This document shows positions 1 through 9,801 of a stretch of DNA of 44,001 nucleotides, piece by piece. This DNA is from Klebsormidium nitens. Taxonomy: Eukaryota; Plantae; Klebsormidiophyceae. The notes below the pieces were generated by a model. The model was given only the letters and a program-made list of their open reading frames with translations. It ran no database searches and had not been told where the DNA came from. The stretch is from the NCBI GenBank assembly GCA_000708835.1, contig DF237594.1, positions 4,963 to 48,963 on the forward strand, written 5' to 3'. The position numbers and the translations under genes are program-made. How positions within the stretch are numbered: position 1 is the stretch's first letter; every line of letters starts with the position of its first letter.

Positions 1-288
1 ACAAGTACAGAGGTTTGTATTGGTTTGTCTTTCAAAGCAAACTTCGGTCCGATTTCGCCGTCTTCCTTGGATACGGCCTCGCTCAATCTGCTCCATGTAA
101 AGCTGACTATTTTGAAGCTGCTAAAGCCGGTGGCCAGCTCGCGCGCACGGCACAATTTCAATCGAAACCGTCGATCGGGACGCAGAATCACATCGGACGG
201 CTTCGATCCTGCACATTCACTCTCCACGTATTCAAGCCTTCGCAGCTCGCTTGGCTCGTGCAGTCTGTGCATAGCTGCTGCATGCAGT

Positions 289-318
289 GCACTGTGCAGC
301 ACTGTGCAGCACTGTGCA
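289..318. repeat. Tandem 10-mer GCACTGTGCA x3 in a TGCAG-rich low-complexity tract
   Basis: Three exact adjacent copies read directly; flanks (~240-345) are rich in degenerate TGCAG. Confidence 0.85.
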
Positions 319-900
319 GGGCTGAGCACAGCAGATGCAGCTGCAGATCTCTTGTAAGAATCTTGTCTTACTGTGGGATCCTGAGCCAGGCTGCCAGCAG
401 TTTGTGAGAGCGGAAAGCCGCTGCTGCATGCTGCAGATTTCGGCGGAAACAGATTGAGCTCACACAATGTGAACAGGTGATGCTTCAGAGGAAACAAGAG
501 CGCAATGCACAGAAGCAACGCCAAATTTCTTGCGGCGGCAGCTTGCTTACCCTGCCACGTTACAGTCATCAAATCCAGTCAAGCTTCATTGGGAACCAGA
601 CGCACGCAGTTTCTATACTCTTGGCCCACGCCCCATGCTGCCTCTAATTGAGGTTCTGCGCTGATCAGGACTATGCGGCATGTCTACATCAATGTTAGAG
701 CTAGAGAGCCTCTAGAAAGCATCTGCAGCTGGCGGAATGCTTTTCTGAAGGATGCTGCTACGACCTGAAGCCACTAGACTGGAAGACAAGAACGCAACCA
801 GCGGCAGACACACGAATGGTGAGCAGCTCCAATGAAGTCTCAATCGACGTTGTACATGGCAGGGAAGAAACACTGGGGCTTATTGTGTGGCCAGAACAAC

Positions 901-1850
901 TTAAGTTGCTTCAACGGAAACCTGCAATACACGCTTTAAGTCAACTGGATGGCAACTTTGATGTAGCCTTTTCTCAAGCGCAAGCAGCTTGAAATTGTCA
1001 CAACAAGGGTTCCCTTGCAGCTGACGGTGGTGGTGTCTGAATTCTTTGATGTCAGAGACACACTCTGCAGAAAATAGCATACCTTCTATACTGAGTTCCT
1101 GCAAGGATTGGGAGTGCCTTACGATACGGAGCTGATAACAGATAGCTCCCAATCGGTGTCCATCTGCGGGGTCATCACCCTACACTTCTGCTGGTGTGCT
1201 TGTAGGACCGCGCACAAGAATTGACAGCATCTCAAGTTCACCACTTCATATTTACGGCTGCAAGGGAAGAAGCTGGGCCAGGCATCAGAAGGGGCCGGAA
1301 TGGCAGCCGCCGACATAGCAATGCCAAGCATCAGACTTTAATGGGGAAGTAAGCAGGCCAGGTCGTCTTTGCCATATGTCGAATCCCCGTACGTTGAAGC
1401 TGAGATGAGGAGCGCTCTTCTGCCACTGGGCCACTGTGCCAAAGCCACATGTCTGAAGAATATTGCAAAGCACTAAGACATGCGAATTGCTACTCTGAAG
1501 TTGGTGAGTCAAGCGGTGAATTACTTTGATGATTGGACAGAGGTTTCAAGTCCATCACCCTGAGCATGTAGGTTAAGATGCGGTTCCCATCTGACTTACT
1601 TTAGATTCCTACAGATCAGTCAACGTCCTTTATTGCCAATCTTCCTGTGCAGGCCGGCAGAACAGAGAGCAATTACTTGTGCGCAGGACACCAAAGAGGC
1701 GGAGAGCGCGGGTGTAGGTCAAGACAACAACCACAGTGCATCTGCCTTGGAGGAACCGCATCAGTAGGTTTGCCATGAGCCTTTCAGAATGGAACACCGC
1801 TGGCTGCAGGTGCTGGAAGCTAGATTGGCGAAACACGCTGGGCTTTCCAA
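901..1850 (-). pseudogene. Possible decayed leucine-rich-repeat (RNI-like) gene fragments
   Basis: Minus-strand fragments such as SLQELSIEG and KIGNKGR*LICRNLK*...LNLHAQGD resemble LRR units but are broken by stops; no clean exon chain. Weak motif recall only. Confidence 0.2.
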
Positions 1851-2390
1851 AGAGTCTCTGAATGCAGCTGTGTACAAGCGAGGCAACTCTACGCTATTTG
1901 CAAGCAGAAATGCTTGCCTGGCATACTGGTATTGGGAAGAGGTAGCTTAGTCAACTCCATTGGACAGATTATGTGGCTAGTTTCCTGGTACCTGACTTTG
2001 TGTATTCTTTCTGGCTGTCAATGCAAGAATGTAAGAAGCATAGGGCACCTGCAGCCTCTTTTTAAGAGCAAACGATGCTAAACAGCAACTCATGCCTCTA
2101 CTTGCACCTCTGTCTCATCCGCGCAATATCTGAGCAATTTTAGCTGAAAGGGTGGCTCTTCAACCAGTAGAACCTCTCCAACAGGCAGAGAAGGTCAGCG
2201 AAACCCTTAGCATGGCGAAGCTTTCTCTTCAAAGCTCCTAACGACTTTGAGTAGTTCCAACCCCGTACTCAATCTGCCAAGGCTTGACACGCTTTCTCTG
2301 ATCCGTCTTTTCTTCGGCTGCAGACGCTTTGAGCACGTCCTGAACAACCTGTCCTCATCCGTCATTTCGCTGTTGCGCAAAAATCACGAG

Positions 2391-5300
2391 ATGGCCCAGA
2401 ACCGGAACCAGGCACAGCACTCCAGCGGAGTCCCCTCATACACTCAGCAGCGGACCATCCTGGGAGCTGTAGTACCTAACGCCCCTGCTCTCTGGTATGG
2501 AGCATCCCCGTCGGTCGAGAGTGCAAGTAAAAGCGAGCCTGCTAGAAACGAGGAAGCGGTCTTCAAGGTAAAAGAGGAGCCGAAGAGTAGCGAGTCGGGC
2601 ATGGACGCAGTTGGTGCAGCAGGAGAAACGAGAGCGGAAGAGGGGAAGGCTGTGGGTGGAGAAGAGAGTACCGCACCGGCGCATCAAGAAGAAGAGGAGC
2701 CCCAGCAACTCAATCAGGTCGGCCCTCGGTTCTCGTGCGATTGAAAAGATCTTCCTGAAGGCGTCCGTTCTTGATCTCAGGAGCACAGTTGTCCCAAGAA
2801 CGCACAACGTGATCGTGCTCATTTCGAGCTCACTTGTTTCAATGTGGGAGTGATACCAACCAGATCATGTTTTCAAGAAATGCAAACTCTAACTGTCTAG
2901 CAGTATGGCTTGAAGCAAAGGGTATACTTCTTCTGTCTGGCTATCCATGCAAAGGCCTTCACCGCCAACGTTGAAAGCCTTTTTGTTCTGTGCAGGTGGA
3001 CGAGAGCTTGAAGCTTGAGGTTCTCAGAGAGTGGCTAGAGCTCTTGGTACCAGGATCAGGTCAAAACCTTGTCTTTCCAAATGCGCGTGGGCCGACCGAG
3101 AGACCCGTGAAGCATCCCGATGGAGCTGCCTTCGGAGCGGCCGCTACAGCAGGCAACATGAAGGAGCAGTATTTTTTGAAGGTAGGCTTAGCTTCCACTT
3201 CAGAGACATGCTCAATTGCCCCGCTGTAAATTTCACAACGCAGATACGTCGTGACAATCTGTTACAGTGCAGATACGTAATGACGATCTGTCACAATGCA
3301 GATACGTCATGTCGAGTTCACTCAGAATCAAGGACCGCAAAGGGAGCTGGTTCGGCCTTTCTTGCATGCTTCCCGAGATCCTGCGACTTGCAGTGTTTCC
3401 TTGTTTGTTATCAAAAAATGGCAAGGTTCTGATGATGTCAACCGAGCAAAGGGACCCTGCAATAAGGATGGCAATCAAGCTGCTTCGGCCCTTTCAACAG
3501 AGACGGCAAGTTGATTCTGACGCTCGCTGCATCAACCACGCTTTACGTGCAGAGTGCGTTGAATAAAAGGCTTGACGAAGTGAGGGAGGGGTGCAAAGCT
3601 GGGCTGAAGAACGGGCCGCGCCTTGAGTACATCTTGCGCAATTTCGTGGACCTTCTCAATCTGGGACTCGAGAAGCTGACCCCTCGCCAGGTGAGCTGCT
3701 CCTGCGCCAGGCTCAAACAGGAGCGCGGTACGCATTCTGGCCGTTTGACGAAAGCTTGGATGGCTTGATTTGAGTAGAAAGGTTTGCGGACCGTACGTTC
3801 TTGTTTGTTGATTTGGTCGTCTGCTTCTTGCGGCTGCTGGTTCGGGGCCTGGCATTCGCTTCAGGGTCGAACAAACTACTTCGCTACTCGCTTGGGCACG
3901 TGGTTCCCGGAACCGAAGCCGTGAACTGATGGATGATGAACCGACTAGCAATGAGACCCGGTCGCGCATCCGGCGTTCCATCATTACAGCTTGTCTCGAA
4001 GCAGAGCTTGAAGAGCTCTATTTGAAACTGCCGTGTCAAAGCAGAGCCCTTCGCTCTGCTTGCTTTGCCGCTACATCGCTCCGTCGCAACATGCTCTTGT
4101 CCTTGGCTCATAAGATCCACCTTCGCTACTTTCTTCGCAGTTCAAGCCGCTCTTCCGCCGGGCCATGTCCTTCCGGTGCCTGCGCCGCGCGCTCCGCGCA
4201 TGCTTCGACGCGCGCGACAGCCGCGCCCAGTTCTGGTACGCGGCCGCGTCCGTCCTCGCGCTTCTGGCGCGCGACCCCGCGTTGCTCCGGAACCACCTCG
4301 ACTTCGTCCGGGGCATCATCGACCAGTTCTGCATCGTGGGCGAGATGCTCCACGCCGACAATGGAACCCTCCGGAGGAGGCTGCTCTCGCTTACCCGGTC
4401 TCTCATCGACCTTGTACCGGTGAGTGGCTACGGGTATCCGTTCTCCAGCCACTGCTGACGGAAGGGCCTCTACCTTGACTTCAGAGCTCCAAGCCGCAAC
4501 TTGAATATGACTCGCGCTGCCTCGCCGAGCTGCGTTGCGGTTAGTCGTCCTTTGCATACTTACGGTGTGATTGACTTCGTGACCGGTGTATTAGGAGAGC
4601 ACACCTGACCATTGTTCCAATCAAGACTTGCATCAAATCCTATCAATTCGATGAGCCTTTTGCTCATGTTTCTGGAAAGAATGTGACGCCAAGGCCCAGT
4701 TTATGGTATCCCTTTTGCCCCTGCGGATTTGAAACCTGCTCGGCGTTGTCCCTCAGCATGCATGTTGGTGCAGCATGCACTGAACGGGTGCAAGCTGTTG
4801 GGTTTCCACCTGCGAACTTGATATACTGCAATGAGCATTTGAGGAGCCATAGAACCTCGCCCGTCGCTTCGATGTACCCAGTTAGGTTGGAGTTCTGGTC
4901 CTTCTCCTTTTTCAAATTAACGGAACAGGCACTCAACCATCACCTCTTTCTAAACCTCGTGCAGTCGAATGGATCCCCGTGGCTCGAGCCCGTCCTCGAC
5001 GTGATCATCGAGCAGATGGTGACGCAATTGAAGGCTGACGTCAGGGACCCGACGGGAGCCTTGGCCGAGAACAGCGACGGGTTGGCCCGCGCCTGCGCGC
5101 TGCTGACGTACTGCGTGCATTACCACGGGGCCAGGTTACGGTGCGCCTCATCCTGTGTCGCTTGCGTTTTGAGTGTGAATGAGCAGCCAGTAGACTCGTG
5201 AGTTTGCGGTCACTCACATTTGACTTGGGAAGCAACCACGTTTGCGATTCAAACACCCTGAACCACCTGACTTGTTTGGCTCAAGGGGAATGTGATAGCA

Positions 5301-6798
5301 TCCCTGAGAATGGGAAATATCCCGCTTCTTGTGCAAGTCAGCTCGCCACCACCGAGCTTAGTCTGCCATCTGCACGGCAATCTGAGCGCTTGATGCATGT
5401 CCTTACCTTGAACTCGACTGAGTCGCCTGCCTTGCGGAGTTCCAAAGATTGAAGTCTCCGTACGTTTGCTTGACTGACTCGGGGGCAAATTACTTTGCCA
5501 TCCCATGGAAGTAGACCGGATTCTCCCCTACAAAATTCTACACCTCTCCCTCTGAAGGCGCACTAACATTACATTTGTTGGTCTGGAGTCATCGTGACTT
5601 CCGCCCTGCGGAAGGCTCATCAGCCGCATCGCCTAAACAAGCGCTTAGCTTCGAATTCTCAAGCGCAAGGTCCGCGAAGGACAAAAGTCAGAGTGTCATT
5701 GACCGCAAGGTTGCCACGTGTTCGCTCCTGAAGGTACAAATAGATAACAAATCAATCCTTCCTCACGACTTTCGTTCATCTGCCGTCTACCCCGTCCTAA
5801 ACATGTCTCAAAACGTTGTACGAGGGGGCCACAGATGGAAACAAACGTCTGATTTACCTGAGCTTCAATTCATATAAATCCAGCCTTGACATGTCGGTAT
5901 GCTCGGCCAACGCTCCGGTTCTTCTGCGCCAGGCCGCTTCTGTTCCGTCACGGCGCTCTCGAAGCGGTGGCGCGCCTGGCAGGCCACGTGGAGCCGCACG
6001 TCGCGATAGCCGCCGTCGGCTTCCTGCGCGCGTGCCTGGCCAAGCGCGACCCGCACTACGTGGTCCGCCTGATGCAGGGCGACCTCTTGGCGCCCGCGAT
6101 CACGACCTTCCGCGCGGCCGCGCATGCGCGCACCAACACTGAAATCACGGACGCGGTCCACCAACTGCTGGAGTTTGTACTTGAGGTGAGCAGGCGCCGA
6201 ACGAGAGAATCATTCCTACATCGAGGTGTAGCCAAACCCTGAGGCGACTCAGAGTCGACAAGATTTTGAAGGCTCTCATGTGTAGGCTTCGTCTGGATGG
6301 CTTGCATGCCTCTTTCTTGAAGTGCTGATCTTGCTTCCGTCCGGTCTCGGGGCGTTGCTAGATCTTGGGATCTCTTGTGCTAGAGCTACTTGCGATGGCA
6401 CCGATGTGCAATTTTAGGTTACTGGAGCACCGGTTGAATGTTATCCAGCCCCTGTCCAGGTGTCCTCTTTACCGACGCAAACTCGACGCAAAGGTCGATC
6501 TTTAGCGGAGTCAGACGCCGACTCGCTTTCATGGGCATTAAAGCGCATGCCTCCGTCACGCTCTTCTTATCTGCTTTTTGGGGAATGTTTGGATTCGAAA
6601 CGCTGTTTTACCGTCATGCAGGAGGACGCGCCGGTCGCGGCACTCGTCCGCCACATTCTCGAGAGGTTTGACCAATCTGACTTCCCGGGGCCTTATGCAG
6701 GCGTGTTCCAAAGACTAGTGCGCAGGTTTACGAAGCTCATGACTCGTGACCTCATCGAAGCAACGGGCAAGGTGATTCAAAAGAAAGGGCCCTGGTAG
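2391..6798 (+). CDS. PPP4R3: Divergent PP4 regulatory subunit 3 (SMEK/PSY2-like), multi-exon
   Basis: ATG 2391; approximate GC-rich exons with GT/AG ends at 2391-2717, ~2996-3059, ~3394-3508, 3552-3690, ~4141-4418, ~4963-5137, ~5933-6186 and ~6622-6771/6798. Peptides ACALLTYCVHYHGAR, HVAIAAVGFLRACLAKRDPHYVVRLMQGDLLAPAITTF...TEITDAVHQLLEFVLE and PVAALVRHILERF...FQRLVRRF align by eye to the SMEK C-terminal HEAT-like region (LALCALRFMR..IGLKDEFYNRYI..GNLFEPV...NLLNSAVIELFEFIR; IKSL.AHIVE.F). The 3' end may continue to an exon at ~6982-7092. Confidence 0.7.
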
Positions 6799-7937
6799 GA
6801 TCTGCGCGTTAGTCCATGTCCTGAAATTGTTTGCTTATGATATTGTTGGAAGAACTCGATATCACAGAGCTGATTCAAAAACAGCAGTGGGGCTGACCCA
6901 ATCCCTCTTCTAGAACTTCGTTAGATTCCATCCGGGGCAAGTCGGGCTAGTAGTACGGTCTCAAACTTCATTCCTTGTCAGGTGAAAAGAACAACGTACA
7001 GTCGGCTACGAAACCCAATCTTCTGTAGATGGAAAAAGCAACGTTGCAGATTGGTTACAATGTTGCTATGCAAAGCGGGTGGGAGATTGTGATTCGACCG
7101 GAACTTCTATTGATCTCATGGCATGAGCACTAAGCTACTGCCGTTGTTGAACACGTTTTGCACCTTTAGAACCCAAGGAAGCGGGCCTGACACCGATGCA
7201 ATAGATGGCCGGGCTCCAATAATGACCGTACGTCCAATCTCGTGATCAAATTAGTCAATTCTCGAACTTCGAAAGACGGTTTTGCTGACAAAGCTAAGCC
7301 GTCACGTGAGGCGGGCCTGATGTAAGTGCGACACATGTGGTAAAATTTGAAAGTCATGCGGGCGCCATCGACCTCCCATGATGCATAATCTCCTTTGAAC
7401 CTGTGTGCCGCACAATCTCCGCGCGTGCCACATAATGCAGCGAGCTGACTGCATATATGCCTCAGTGCCGCGCGCTGGCACTGAGCCCGCATGCATGTGC
7501 TTCAAAATGCGAAATATGTTTCTCACTGATTCAGCCTGAATCTCACGTACGGACAGCCGTCTAGAAAAGGTTCAATGCGCAATGAATCATTCTGAATCTC
7601 AAACGTGTTCCAAGTAGAATCAATCTGGATTGCGATTCGAGCTTGATAATTTAGTTCCTATCAAAACCTGCATAATGCACACTGAGCATTCATAGCCTTG
7701 CATTGTGATCACGGTACTAAGTGCTCTTGCATGAATCAGCCTCGAAACGATATGTTACAAACTGCTCGCTTCGGATCGTGCTAGCGTACAAGAACCTGTT
7801 CCTGATTCTATTACACCGTGCAATTACCGCTTTCCCACGTTTGTCACTCGGGCCACGCTTCCTTCCAACGGCACGGTTGCAGCCGTCTAAGTACCTGTCC
7901 GAAGATCGATCGACGGTTGGCGTGGCAGGAGCAGCTT

Positions 7938-7978
7938 GGCCCACAGATGATAGAGATGGAAAATGTGCTGTATATAAC
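7938..7978 (+). promoter_or_regulatory. USE-like box GGCCCACAGA (7938) plus TATATAA (7971), U6-type Pol III promoter candidate
   Basis: Same box and the same 33-nt box-start to TATA-start spacing as at 35637 and 39452; CAACAA at 7995-8000 just before the tRNA-like 5' end. Confidence 0.7.
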
Positions 7979-8006
7979 CAAAGAGGTTTCAGATCAACAA
8001 CGGCAT

Positions 8007-8172
8007 GGGGCTGTAGCTCAACTGGTAGAGCGCCAAGAAACGGATCCGTCCGTAGTGGTGGAAGCTTCTCGCCGCGCGCCGTGAGCTGGCCAAGCCGCTG
8101 CCGGGCTCCGCGCTTTGCCCAGAGACCCTGGGCCGAGTCTGAGAGATGCGGGTTCGAATCCCGCCAGCTCCA
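8007..8172 (+). tRNA. Atypical tRNA-like RNA: Ala-type acceptor stem, intact D and T arms, anticodon arm replaced by ~110-nt structured insert
   Basis: Acceptor GGGGCTG(8007-13)/CAGCTCC(8165-71) with G3:U70 and discriminator A8172; D arm GCTC-AACTGGTA-GAGC; T arm GCGGG-TTCGAAT-CCCGC (8148-64); A box TAGCTCAACTGG and B box GGTTCGAATCC. No canonical anticodon stem-loop, even after removing a 37/38 intron. Confidence 0.8.
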
Positions 8173-8179
8173 CAACCCC

Positions 8180-8183
8180 TTTT
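8180..8183 (+). terminator. Pol III oligo-T terminator candidate
   Basis: TTTT 8 nt after the discriminator, with a further TTT at 8188-8190. Confidence 0.55.
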
Positions 8184-9801
8184 CCCCTTTGAACAGCCTG
8201 AGTCTAAGCATTTCAAGTGGCCACTTTTATCCCCGCTGAGAATAGCGAATCTCAAAACAGAGAAGATTCGTGTGCCGCGTGCCTAATATGCTGGGATTCG
8301 TGCAGTATGACGCCATCGGAGGAAGTCAAAATCAGTAGTTGCCTATCAAATCTTTCATATGATCCAAGACATCAGCCGCACCGGCCGCGGCTGGTCGGGC
8401 AGCCGACCTGATGCAAAAGCCTCCGGGGCTTGGAAAGCGCTTCGAAGACCTGCTGATATTGGACATCCCCTGGACGCATCTAAAATAAAAGAATCCAAGC
8501 TGGGCACTTAGTAATCCCTTCGTGAACGTAGATAATTAGCTTACCTCGATCTTGATGCTGAACTATTCTGCTGATCTTCAGATCGTCCGTGAGTCCGCCC
8601 TTATGTATGTTCAGCAGAATCTTGCTCCTTTTTAAGCATCTAAACTCAGCAAACTCCTGCTCCTTTTTAAGCATCTTAGCAACATTTGCTTTTATCAATA
8701 AGGGAGACCGAAGCAGCCTTATGATTTTAGAAATACTACTTCGGAAAGTCAGACAGCGCCAGTGAAAAGAATACGAGTATGCGCTTAATCATCATACAAA
8801 CAGCATGAGTCTGCTTCTCGCAGTTGTGCTCTCGACACTCTTGAGTGCTGAAATTCGCGACCAGCATTACTAGGAAGAGATGCCAAGCTGAATATCTATA
8901 TTTCGATGCTTAGAGGCACTTCAGTCGCCATGCATCGACGCGCCGTTAGAAGTCAGGGTGAGAGTAGGGCAGTTTGATAATGAGAGGATCACTTCGCCTT
9001 CTATATGTGAACAGTGATAAACGCGGCCCCAATAGACTGTTCCTTTTCACGTAAAAGCCGGACGGCGGAACAACCTTTTGCTTCAGCTTGGAGCAGCGGA
9101 TAGTGCCATCTAGGGCCGAGCGAAGATCATCACATTACAGCAAGTCTTACTAAGTCATGCAGCTTTAGGAACATTGACGGAGCGCGCCCCCCATTGTGAT
9201 CGCAACACAAAAATCAGCACTGACCAATTGAGTAGGGCGCTGGCAACAAACAAGCCGGGCCGAAACATTACAAACAAGACTGAAGCATAAACACGTCCGT
9301 GCAAGAGCCGAGGTACACGTCTAGGTGAGTCCGCTTTCGAAGAACTCTCTCTGTGAAACTGCAATCCTTTTTCCACCTTGATCGTTATAGTAATACTATC
9401 GAGTCTAATGCTCGTTGAAGAAGGTCTGAACGAGGGTCATTTCTTTGTGAAGCGCGTGCGCTATTCTTAGATTCCGCCCTCGTTCTTCTCCAAACTACCA
9501 AAGAAAGGAGGCAAAGGCCCCTAGTCCAACTGGAGGGCTTAAGCATGCAAAACCGTAAGCAACTTATCCCGATACATTGAATGCCATGGCCGAGGTCCGT
9601 CCAGGAGAACGCGCCTGCATTGTCTCTCATCTAGTTAGAAAAGTCGTCTAGACTACTCTCTCATCTACCAAAACCAAAACACGCCGTTTTGAACACCACC
9701 GGATGCCGACTATTGGGCCTCGAGTCACCGTTCCCGAGAACTGGCAGCCGTCAAAGTTTTTCGCCACACTACTCTGGATCCTCTGCCTCCAAGCTAGAAA
9801 T

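Noticed and set aside
7547-7566. Hairpin ACGG-ACAG-CCGT followed by CTAG as a Helitron 3' end
   Set aside because: No spacer between hairpin and CTAG, the next base is A rather than T, and no Rep/helicase remnant is recognisable.
8094-8100. Loop GCCGCUG of the tRNA-like insert pairing with the CUGCGGU loops of the four-hairpin RNA
   Set aside because: Only 5-6 bp of complementarity in GC-rich sequence, expected by chance.
8033-8143. Ordinary intron-containing tRNA (e.g. Arg-ACG read from CCAAG-AA-ACG-G)
   Set aside because: Positions 32-33 would be AA rather than YU, and the anticodon stem would have at most 3 of 5 pairs in either register.
7717-8255. ORFs of 164, 172 and 88 aa overlapping the tRNA-like gene
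   Set aside because: Explained by GC-rich RNA sequence; no protein-like character.
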